From the NCBI GenBank assembly GCA_964016885.1, contig OZ024740.1:385826001-385890000 (forward strand): DNA of 64,000 bases, in the 5' to 3' direction. Position numbers and translations under genes: made by a program. This DNA comes from Eledone cirrhosa (Eukaryota). Numbering within the stretch: the first letter of the stretch is position 1; each line of letters begins with the position of its first letter. The notes beneath the pieces were generated by a model. It was given only the letters and a program-made list of their open reading frames with translations, searched no databases and was not told the origin of the DNA. Shown piece after piece: positions 27,407-39,869 of this stretch.

Positions 27407-28762
27407 TTATAGCCCTAGTCTACCCCCCGGGTCATTATGGGGTTTGAGGGCGAGGTAAGTCCTACGCAATCTATGTTTACATGCAGTAACCAGTTCATCT
27501 TTCTTGTTTAGGAGTTGGTCCGTCGAAAACAGCATTTGTAAAGTTTCCTCCGAGCATAAATTGCACGGACGGCGTCCTCCCGTGTAAGAATTGGCTCTGG
27601 ACAGTAATCTCCAAGTGAGATCATAGGTGATGTTGTTGTCCTTGAGGTCCCATATGTGGCCCGAAAGTGTAGTGGCGTGACGCCGGGCCGGGTTTCGGAA
27701 GGTATGTCTATGTTGGTATAGCCGGGTCTTGAAGTCACATGCGGTAAGTCCTATATAGGCTTTGTTGGAGGTATCCGTCCTCACGTTGCACTGGTAGATC
27801 ACATTACGGTCTCTGCATCTATTGTCGAGTGGGCAAATAGATCTATCCGGGAAGTTACACCTCCTGGTCGGTTCTCCACTGCTATTTAGGTTATTTCTGC
27901 CATCGGGGTTGAGTTTTTTGTTGTTAGAGGAGACGATGTTTTGTGCGAAGTTTGGTGTAGTGCTGTAAGAGAGTTTGATGGTATTTTTGTTAATTATGTT
28001 GTGGTAGCGGTGTTGTAATGGGAAGTGTTTTTCAATGAGCCTAAAGAATAGTTTCCCGATGGGAGTTGTCACCTCTGCGTTGTGGGGAGGATTGAACCAT
28101 GTTACATTGCGTGAGCGGCGGTGTCTCCTGCTGGTTCCGCTAATGGGAGCTGGACGGTAGGATATTTCCTCCCGGAAACCACTCCGCTTGAGGGCCTGGT
28201 TGTAATAAGGCGCATGTTCATCGAATATCCGCTCATTAGCTGACAAACGGGATATGCGGAGGGAGATGTTTTTGACCAGGTTGTTTGTGATGTTCCTAGG
28301 ATGGTTTGATCGGCGGTGGATGTAGTGCAGATTGTCATTAGGTTTCCTGTATGGGTAGTACAGGTCGTTTTCGAGGTCGAGGGTCACGTCCAGGAAGTTT
28401 ACTCGGGTCAGGGACGTTTGTAGGGTTATTTTAAATCCCCAGTCGCGGAAGAATCTGATTAATTGTTTCCGGACCCGATCTGTACTACTGGGGTTGTACC
28501 CTTTAAGGGTAAGGAGCCCATCATCACGGTACAATCCACCACCGAATGCAGGAAACATATCAGTGAGTTTGGCTATTAGGAATAATCCTATTAGATCTGT
28601 GACCTCCGCCGAATCCGTGGCGCCCATGCTGACGTCGAAGGGTGAGTCGGGAGCTCTTTTTATCCATTTAGAGTCGTCAAAGAGTAAGACTGTCTTCCTG
28701 GCGTGGAGGATGATTTTTCTTTCCTGGTCGGTGATGGGCACAAGTGTTTCGGCGAAGTCCAA
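27407..28762 (-). CDS. PLE reverse transcriptase (partial) plus GIY-YIG endonuclease
   Basis: FDVSMGATDSAE, GLYRDDGL, VNFLDVTL, YRKP, CN..CPL...C linker, VIY..YIGLT..FKTRL.QH, CNLC. The frame continues upstream to about 28806 (SYYASIT), where it is truncated. Confidence 0.9.
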   Translation of the reverse strand: MDFAETLVPITDQERKIILHARKTVLLFDDSKWIKRAPDSPFDVSMGATDSAEVTDLIGLFLIAKLTDMFPAFGGGLYRDDGLLTLKGYNPSSTDRVRKQLIRFFRDWGFKITLQTSLTRVNFLDVTLDLENDLYYPYRKPNDNLHYIHRRSNHPRNITNNLVKNISLRISRLSANERIFDEHAPYYNQALKRSGFREEISYRPAPISGTSRRHRRSRNVTWFNPPHNAEVTTPIGKLFFRLIEKHFPLQHRYHNIINKNTIKLSYSTTPNFAQNIVSSNNKKLNPDGRNNLNSSGEPTRRCNFPDRSICPLDNRCRDRNVIYQCNVRTDTSNKAYIGLTACDFKTRLYQHRHTFRNPARRHATTLSGHIWDLKDNNITYDLTWRLLSRANSYTGGRRPCNLCSEETLQMLFSTDQLLNKKDELVTACKHRLRRTYLALKPHNDPGGRLGL

Positions 28763-29061
28763 GGCGGCAGTAAGTAGCGGTAAGGTGATTGAAGCATAGT
28801 AGCTCTCTATATTTTTTTTCTTTCCTATATATTTCTACCCCCCATTGTTCTACCTACCGTTCCGACTCCCCCCTCCCCCTCCCCTGTATCTTCTTTGACC
28901 TCATGCCCAGCTGTAGCTGGCACTACAAACGCTTGATTGGGGCTACTCCACCCCCTCCCCTCTTTCTCCTACTGGCAGGTTTAGCCACCATCTCCCCTAC
29001 TAATTTGCAACCACAGAATTACTACTGATTTTTGACAATCACTTTGACCATATATGGAATT

Positions 29062-29155
29062 ACCCCTTGAGAAGATCGGCTATTTAAATACCAGGATAAA
29101 TTTTCATTTAGTCCAGAATTAGCCGTCGAAACGCCTTGAGCTCAGCTGTCGGGGT
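29062..29155 (+). ncRNA. Type I hammerhead ribozyme, U3:A8 core variant
   Basis: ACCCC-UUGAGAA-GA(U)CGGCUA..UAGCCGUC-GAAAC..ugagcuca..GUC|GGGGU. Predicted cleavage after 29150. Confidence 0.7.
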
Positions 29156-29246
29156 CTTACTGGTTCCTATTACCCACTCTACTACCTCAAGTATTGAGTA
29201 CTTTGGTGCGTTATGGTTCACCTGGTTCCTTACCACATTTCCTTCG

Positions 29247-29394
<148 letters not shown>

Positions 29395-29461
29395 GTATGT
29401 ATATATATATATATATATGTATACATATATATATATATATATGTATGTATGCATATATATG

Positions 29462-29526
<65 letters not shown>

Positions 29527-29535
29527 GTATATATG

Positions 29536-29566
<31 letters not shown>

Positions 29567-29579
29567 GTATATATATATG

Positions 29580-29610
<31 letters not shown>

Positions 29611-29623
29611 GTATATATATATG

Positions 29624-29708
<85 letters not shown>

Positions 29709-29715
29709 GTATATA

Positions 29716-29776
<61 letters not shown>

Positions 29777-29783
29777 GTATATA

Positions 29784-29832
<49 letters not shown>

Positions 29833-29833
29833 T

Positions 29834-29871
<38 letters not shown>

Positions 29872-29872
29872 G

Positions 29873-29939
<67 letters not shown>

Positions 29940-29940
29940 T

Positions 29941-30243
<303 letters not shown>

Positions 30244-30274
30244 ATATATATATATTGTATATATATATATATTG

Positions 30275-30356
<82 letters not shown>

Positions 30357-30387
30357 ATATATATATATTGTATATATATATATATTG

Positions 30388-30418
<31 letters not shown>

Positions 30419-30420
30419 TG

Positions 30421-30497
<77 letters not shown>

Positions 30498-30501
<4 letters not shown>

Positions 30502-31981
30502 AAACAGTCAGCAAGGTTAGAATTAACAACGAATATAGTGAAGAGTTTAGCGTAAAAGTTGGCGTCCATCAGGGCTCTGTTCTCAGTCCCCTACTATTTA
30601 TTATTGCCCTTCAGGCTATAACAGAGGAGTTCAAGACAGGCTGCCCATGGGAACTCCTATACGCAGACGACCTGACACTCATAGCGGAATCAATGGCCGA
30701 GCTAGAGAAGAAATTCCAAACATGGAAGCACGGCCTAGAGTCAAAAGGACTTAAAATTAACCTGGCTAAGACCAAAGTTCTAGTTTGTAGGAAAGAAAAC
30801 AAGGCGGCGGTCCCTTCTGGGAAATGGTCGTGCTCGGTGTGTAGGAAAGGCGTAGGTAGAAACTCCATTTTATGTCCTAAATGCAAAGTATGGGTGCATA
30901 AAAGATGTAGTGGGATCACAGGTAACTAACTAAGAACATAGATTTTACATGTGGCTGGTGTTCTGGTGCAATAAGTAGCAGCAAGTGCCCACAAAATACT
31001 AGCTCTTTCAATTGCGCAGAGGGTTCTATAGAAATAGTGGACAGCTTCCGTTACCTGGGCGATAAAATCAGCAGTGGGGGAGGGTGCTCTGAAAGTACTG
31101 TAGCTAGAGTCAGAACTGGTTGAAAAAGTTCAGAGAGCTTATACCACTATTAGCTGCTAAAGGGTTCTCACTAAAAATGAAAGGCAGGTTGTACGATGCC
31201 TGCATACGAACAGCAATGTTGCATGGTAGTGAGACCTGGGCATTGTGTGCAGAGGATATACGCAGACTAGAGAGGAACGAAGCTTGCATGCTCCGCTGGA
31301 TGTGTAACAGTAATATACGTGAACGGCAAAGCATAAACGAACTAAGGAAAAAATTAGAGATAAGAGGGATCAGATGTTGTTTACTCGAGAGAAGGCTGCG
31401 TTGGTATGGACATGTGATGCGCATGAAAGTCGATAGCTGTATAACAAAGTGCAGGGCAATAAAGATAGACGGTAGCCACGGAATAGGCAGACCTAGAAAG
31501 ACATGGGATGAGCTGATAAACTCCGGCCTCACACACTTACACCTCTCCAAGACAATGTCACTGGACCGAGACCTTTGGCGGTACTCAGTAACAGAGAAGA
31601 CCCGCCTTGCCAGTAGGCATCTCTAACAAAATACACCCCGTCCCGCCACCACCCCCACCCCATCCACACCACCCCGTTCTATGTAAAGTTATGTTGGTGC
31701 CGCGCCATCCAGGCCGAAACAAATGAGATCGTGTAGGTGTCACAACAAAAAAACACACAGTCCACGCTGTAATGTGGCCGTGTAGGCAACACGGTAAAAA
31801 CCTCCCAGACCCACACTGTAAATGTGGTTGGTGTTAGGAAGGGCATCCAACTGTAGAAAACCTGCCAGACAGTCCTATGCGAGCAAGACAATCACTCTTG
31901 CCTCAAGTGGGACTACCCCCGTCCAAACCCATGCAAGCGTGGAACACGGACGTTAAACGTTGATGATGATGATGATGATGA
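30498..31981 (+). mobile_element. 5'-truncated RTE-type LINE with a PHD-like finger inside the RT (disrupted)
   Basis: [58 protein letters not shown]. Frameshift/stops near 30.9-31.1 kb; (GAT)n tail. Confidence 0.9.
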
Positions 31982-32007
31982 TATGTATATATATGTATAT
32001 ATATATG

Positions 32008-32056
<49 letters not shown>

Positions 32057-32066
32057 GTATATATGT

Positions 32067-32176
<110 letters not shown>

Positions 32177-32403
32177 GTATATATATATGTATATATATAT
32201 ATGTATATATATGTATATATATGTATATATGTATATATATGTATATATATATATGTATATATATATGTATATATGTATGTATATGTATATATATGTATAT
32301 ATATGTATATATGTATATATATGTATATATATATGTATATATATATGTATATATATATATATATGTATATATATATGTATATATATATATGTATATATAT
32401 ATG

Positions 32404-32434
<31 letters not shown>

Positions 32435-32497
32435 GTATATATATATGTATATATATATGTATATATATATGTATATATATATATGTATATATATATG

Positions 32498-32528
<31 letters not shown>

Positions 32529-32553
32529 GTATATATATATGTATATATATATG

Positions 32554-32650
<97 letters not shown>

Positions 32651-32660
32651 GTATATATAT

Positions 32661-32733
<73 letters not shown>

Positions 32734-32739
32734 TATACA

Positions 32740-32852
<113 letters not shown>

Positions 32853-32921
32853 GTATATATATATATGTATATATATGTATATATATATGTATATATATAT
32901 ATATATGTATATATATGTATA

Positions 32922-32968
<47 letters not shown>

Positions 32969-32989
32969 GTATATATATGTATATGTATA

Positions 32990-33036
<47 letters not shown>

Positions 33037-33185
33037 GTATATATATGTATATATATATATATATGTATATATATGTATATATATGTATATATATGTATAT
33101 ATATGTATATATATATATATATGTATATATATGTATATATATGTATATATATGTATATATATGTATATATATATATATATGTATA

Positions 33186-33234
<49 letters not shown>

Positions 33235-33393
33235 TTTACGTATCGAGAAAGAGAGAAAAAGGAGGGATAGGTGATACATATAGTTACTTGCCAAGTAGCG
33301 TATGCCAAAGGTGCTCGATACTAGTGCCGGCAGTATTAAATATTCGAAGTGTTAATATTTAGTGGGCTAGAGAGTTAGCAGAGCGTAAGCACG

Positions 33394-33556
<163 letters not shown>

Positions 33557-33570
33557 GTATATATATGTAT

Positions 33571-33758
33571 ATCATCATCATCGTTTAACGTCCATGTTCC
33601 ACGCTTGCATGGGTTTGGATGGGAGTTTTCCCACTTGAGGCAAGACTGGTTGTCTTGCTCGCATAGGACTGTCTGGCGGGTTTTCTACAGTTGGATGCCC
33701 TTCCTAACACCAACCACATTTACAGACGTTAAACGTTGATGATGATGATGATGATGAT
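33571..33758. mobile_element. Two outward-facing 3' ends of the same LINE family
   Basis: (CAT)n plus a minus-strand 3'UTR (33571-33724) joined to a plus-strand tip, gacgttaaacgtt(GAT)n. Confidence 0.75.
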
Positions 33759-33761
33759 ATG

Positions 33762-33792
<31 letters not shown>

Positions 33793-33813
33793 CTATATAT
33801 GTAAATATATATG

Positions 33814-33858
<45 letters not shown>

Positions 33859-33901
33859 GTATATATATATATGTATATATATATATCTATATATATATAT
33901 G

Positions 33902-33946
<45 letters not shown>

Positions 33947-33965
33947 GTATATATATATATAAATG

Positions 33966-34059
<94 letters not shown>

Positions 34060-34071
34060 TGTATGTATATA

Positions 34072-34154
<83 letters not shown>

Positions 34155-34193
34155 GTATATATATATATGTATATATATGTATATATATATACG

Positions 34194-34234
<41 letters not shown>

Positions 34235-34325
34235 GTATATATATATGTATATATATATATGTATATATATATGTATATATATATATGTATATATATATGT
34301 ATATATATATGTATATATATATATG

Positions 34326-34404
<79 letters not shown>

Positions 34405-34410
34405 ATATAT

Positions 34411-34752
34411 ATCATTTCATCATTTCATTTTACGTCCGCTTTTTCCCTGCTTGCAAGGGTGGGACGGGAACTGATTCTGGCTTGATTTCTACAGCTGGAT
34501 GCCCTTCCGACCACCAACCTCATTTACAGTGAGTGCTGGGTGCTTTTTTGCCGTGGCACCCTACACGTCCACTTTACAGTGGTATGATATGGACCCCATT
34601 CCCTATCATCTCATTTCTACAGCTGAGTAAACTGGAGCAATGTGAAATAAAGTGTCTTGCTCAAGGAAACAACACATCACCCGATCTGAGAATTGAACTC
34701 ACAATATTTCGATTGCAAGGCCAATGCTTTAACCACTAAGCCATGTGCCTCC
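34411..34752 (-). mobile_element. tRNA-CORE-like SINE with an RTE-derived 3' tail
   Basis: Reverse complement of the copy at 60486-60821. Confidence 0.8.
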
Positions 34753-35056
34753 ATATTGTCATATATATATGTATATATGAGCTTGCCATTCACGTAAGTC
34801 TGATATCTGATTTCGGATTCAAAGAAACATTTTAAACGATTGTTCGTTTGATTTGTCCAGGTGTACTTTTCTCAACCTGATTAGTTCTATCGTTACTTTG
34901 GTATGTATTGTGTGTTCGATTTGTCAAGCTATTTAAACGTATGTTAATACTCTGAGGTCCTATCTTATCGAGTGCTTTGCTAACTCATCATTTCATATAA
35001 GTAGGCAGAATTTATTTGCAAACCGCCAGAGATTCGATTTTACTGATTTCCAATTA

Positions 35057-35099
<43 letters not shown>

Positions 35100-35222
35100 G
35101 TATATATATACATATATGTATGTATGTATATATATATATATATATATATATGGTTAATTTTTTTTTATTTATTTTGAAACTTTTTCTTATTTGCTAAGCC
35201 TTGATTATATATGTATGTATAT

Positions 35223-35286
<64 letters not shown>

Positions 35287-35309
35287 ATGTATATATATAT
35301 ATATATATA

Positions 35310-35465
35310 ATGAAGGAATTGTGGTAAGGAACCAGATGGACCATAGCGCACCAAAGTACTCAATACTTAGGGTAGTAGAGTGGGTAATAGGAACAAGTAT
35401 GACCCCGACGGCAGAGCTCAAGCCGTTGAAATGGCTTGAGCTCTGCCGTTGGGGTCATACTTGTT

Positions 35466-35470
<5 letters not shown>
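35310..35470. mobile_element. PLE-derived mini fold-back element
   Basis: Homologous to the pLTR end at 29128-29248. 41-bp inverted arms at 35387-35470; flanked by (TA)n. Confidence 0.85.
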
Positions 35471-35506
<36 letters not shown>

Positions 35507-35631
35507 CCCAATCATATGACCATAACGGTAGTTGAGAAAATTAGGTAAAGTACCACCTGGAGATTGAAAGTAGGGGACAGATGCATCTCTTCCTCTCTCA
35601 CTCTCTCTCTCTCTCTATATATATACATATT

Positions 35632-35702
<71 letters not shown>

Positions 35703-35733
35703 CATATATATATACATACATATATATATATAC

Positions 35734-35804
<71 letters not shown>

Positions 35805-36828
35805 CATACATATAACTAAAAAGACAAGAATTCACATCTTTCTTATAAAATTTAAATGAAATAAATGATGATTTATTACATAGTTCTGAGGTGTCAGACG
35901 AATCTCTGTTGCTCCTTTCTACAAAATACTCAAAGTGGCTACTGTGTATATATTCTAATAAATGAAGAAAACATTAATGGAAGCTTAATAAAATGTGTTG
36001 CTCAATCATTTAAATACTTGTTTGTGTAAAGTTATACATATCTTTTCACTTCTGATTCATTGCATTCTTTTATCTCTAAAAACCATGTAATCATTTAGTA
36101 GAAAATATATAGAAATGGATTTGTTAATTCAAATGTTTAGAATATTTTCACTAGTGGACATATCGTTGTGAAGATTTGCAGTATTAGAGAGTGCTGCAAT
36201 CAATGTGTAATTATTTGGTGCAGTTATAGTGCTATTTTGTACTTTTCAAGAATGTCTTGCTAATGTAGTTTGTATGTGGTAGAAGATGTTAAGAGTTGAT
36301 TAGATCATTGTTAATATAATATCTATCTCTGCTGATTTAGAAAAGAAAGATTTATATCCTTGCCAATGCAATGAGGTCCTTCTTTTGTTAAGTGAAAGCC
36401 TATTTCACATTATTATGTTCAGCACCATCCATTGCTGTTTTATATGTTATACTCATAGCCAGTCCCTTTTCATCATCAAACTATGATATGCCTGTTCTCC
36501 CTTTGCATTGCTTAGCCACATCAGTACCTTATACTATATCATTGTTATCAACACCCTAAGGGATTATGTGGCCAAAATACTATATATCTTGGCTCTAACC
36601 TGTCATAGAAGTACAAGACTTGTTCATTGATTCTTTCTTCTAACTGTACATATCACTAATTGTATGCAGTAGTATGCATTGTTCTCGACGTGTCTCTCCC
36701 TGTGTCTCAGTTTGTGAAACCCCGCAGTAGTCTCACTTTCACTTTGAGATATATAACTCTACTTTTAGGATTACGTATTTTATTTTCTCCTTGTTCACAC
36801 CTATGTGTTTATATATATATATATATAT

Positions 36829-36912
36829 ATATTGAAAATAAGGGCGCACAGGACAAAGACAATGGAAAAAACTTCCATTGGTCCTTGTCTTGTGCACCCC
36901 TTATTTTGAATA
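36829..36912. repeat. Short palindrome with a tail, between (TA)n tracts
   Basis: aaaataagggcgcacaggacaaagacaatggaa / ttccattggtccttgtcttgtgcaccccttatttt. Confidence 0.7.
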
Positions 36913-36951
36913 TATATTCTAAAGTTTTAGTCATGCAGGCTTTTTTTTTAA

Positions 36952-37005
<54 letters not shown>

Positions 37006-39330
37006 GTGTGTGTGTTTCTGTGTGTATTATGATGTAATTGTAAATCTGAAATCTATTCTTAAACATTTTTTTATACATGTATTATTTATTTTTTTCTTTT
37101 AAATCCAATTCTTCTATTTCATCGTTGTTCTGTGGTTCTGACCTATAGAAGGTAGGTAATTTCCCTCTGGCAGAAAAAAAAATGACTTGCTTACCTCCCT
37201 TGCACGATATCAGCCTGTTCAGACACTCCTTGTTCATTGTACCCACACAAGAATTCTAATTCTAGTTTTTATATTTGTACATCTATCGCGTTATCGGTTT
37301 ATTTTATGTCAAATATTCATTGATTGCTAACATTTGCATGTCTTTATAGTCAAAGTTTTCCTTTTGCTGTGAATTTCATTTTTATTAAACAATGTTTTAA
37401 ATGCCATTCAACATAAACAGGGTTATATAAAAATCAATAACTATCTGATGTAGACACAAAATTTGTCTGTGTGTGTACATATAGCATGTTTTTATGTTTT
37501 AATTTTAAAAAAAAATATCTTGAGTTTGATAGGAATTTCTGTGTAGTAAAGCAATTATTGTGATGATAGATCAGATATGTATATCAGCAATACCTTTTGA
37601 AATTTAAATATAAATACTTGTAATAGATTGATATGATTAATGTTGCACGGAGTAAGAAGGAAGTTATTTATTTAAACATTGAAATGATAACACACACAAA
37701 CTACTACATATAAAATGTATATTGTCTGGTAACGAAAAGACTTTCGCATATTTGAGGAGCCATCTCATACTAGATGATACTTGTAGTATTGTGATTTGTG
37801 GATATTTTGAACTTATTTTCAGAATAGTGGTTGGGAGGGGAAAACTCTAGCCATCTTGGAAGGCAGTAAACTCCAAATGTGAACTAGCTTGGACCATGAC
37901 AACTTGTTCAGCCCATGCCAATATGGAAAGCAGACAAAATATTTATGTCGTTGATAGATATTTTAAACATCTCTGTGACTATCCCTGATGGTCAAGCTAC
38001 TTTCTTTGCCCTCATATCTATAATCACATTTCCAGAAGAAAAAGCGATACTTTATAGAATATTCAAAAGATTCAAACAATTTCTAGAATGTACATATGGT
38101 AGAATCAGTAGAACAACAGACAATATACCTTGTGAAATTTGATTATGTCTCTGTATGTTCTATGTTCAAATCTCACCCAGATCTCCTTTGTCTTTCATTG
38201 AGTGGAGTAGGCAATGTAATGTTGGTGCCTCAGAATGAAACCAGTCAATGAATTGCCATAAGACAATCTCCACTGAGAATAAAGAGTATATGGAAAGATA
38301 GTCATTGAATAGGTTGTGATTGGAATGGTATATATATATATATATATAGTCAGAAATTTTTAGGTAGAATCATTTACAGAAGAGCAAGCAGAAGTGGGGT
38401 TTATAGAAAGATTAGATTGGTGCATATATGTGTGTGTGAGCTCAAATATGTAATGTTCAATTGCAGCAAGTAGCATACAGGCCTGTGGTATTGGAGTGAT
38501 GTGGTGGACTTCAGAACACTCAAAACGTTGCCCATAAACAGGCCTATCATCAGACATTAATGTTTGAGTGGAGCTTTGGAACATTTTATGTGAACACTCT
38601 AATTCACAATAATTCAAAAATGGCACTGTAAACTTTTCTATATCTGAGGGTAGATTATTGAAATGTAGGAGAACAATACCATCCTGCGCCTCCTATATAT
38701 TGATGTGCCCAGGAGCATAATATGAGAAGATAAAATGAGCTAAGGGAAATAACTCAAATACATTTTATAACTTGTCTTGGCTAAAGAAAATTGCATGGTC
38801 TCTGTCTAGTTATCTGTTCAGTTATTTGGCTAGCTAACTAGCTAGAAGTCTTGTTTATTTGTGAATCTGTGTGCATGCATGTGTGTGTGCATGTGCTTTT
38901 GTGTCTGTATAATTATGTGCATCCTTCTATTAAAGTTGTATATGGTTTTTTGCATATTTTCCTTCTTATCTATGTTCATATGACTATATTAGAGTGTTTT
39001 CTTATATTTCATCTGTAGTAATTGTCTTCTTATTTTCCCTACATATTTTCTTTTTCTCAATTAATAGAAAGAACTTCTCTGGCCATTGATATTACATCTA
39101 AAAAATTGTCTTTTGGCAGATAATAAATCATGTCAGATTTTAATAACATATATATATAATATAAGCAAAAGGGATATGAGTCTAACGTTTTTTTCAGCCC
39201 TATACCTCAACCTCATTTGCATATTCATCTTAATAATTTGAAATATTTGACTTTTCCCCTCTTTCCCTTCTTTCCTTTTACTATCCAGGAAAAACTTGAA
39301 CCGTTAAGATCTCCTTCCTGGATATGTCAA

Positions 39331-39429
39331 TATTTATAAAACAAACTTTGTATTTTATCTGATGAGAGCGTACCAAAGTTTTGGTACCCTTGAAATATAT
39401 ATAATAGAATAAATATGGTTTTATAAATA
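39331..39429 (+). ncRNA. Minimal type I hammerhead ribozyme
   Basis: tattttat-CUGAUGA-gagcgtacca/tggtaccctt-GAAA-uauaua-UA|atagaata, with distal stem I tatttataaaac/gttttataaata. Predicted cleavage after 39403. Confidence 0.85.
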
Positions 39430-39452
39430 TAGTTTCTATTTATTAATATCAT

Positions 39453-39489
<37 letters not shown>

Positions 39490-39651
39490 CACTGTGTCTA
39501 TGTTCACTTCTCAATGCTGGCATGGGTTGGATGAGATGTTTCAAGATAATTTGTTTTACAAAATTGACATTAAATAATAATTGATAGCAGTCTAGAAAGA
39601 GCCACAAGAGCTAAGAAACAGATCTAGAAAGACTCGATGATACAGATTTTA

Positions 39652-39683
<32 letters not shown>

Positions 39684-39770
39684 GTTATATGGTTGCAAGA
39701 AAAATGGCGTCCGTAGACGGTATACTGGTTCAGCACTCACACATAGAATCGGAGACGAGATCACATAGAA

Positions 39771-39869
39771 AATACATATCTGATGATCTTTCGATTGCAG
39801 AGACAAGTTCAATCTATAATAGGTCTTTCCTCGAGCTGATTGATAGTGAAACATATGTAATATGTTATT
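39771..39869 (+). ncRNA. Minimal type I hammerhead ribozyme with a long, partly degenerate stem II
   Basis: acatat-CUGAUGA-...-GAAA-cauaug-UA|atatgt. Predicted cleavage after 39859. Confidence 0.75.

Noticed and set aside
27407-28762. Selenoprotein-type PLE (UGA recoding reported for some Naiad elements)
   Set aside because: The surviving frame is open with ordinary Cys codons and no in-frame UGA.
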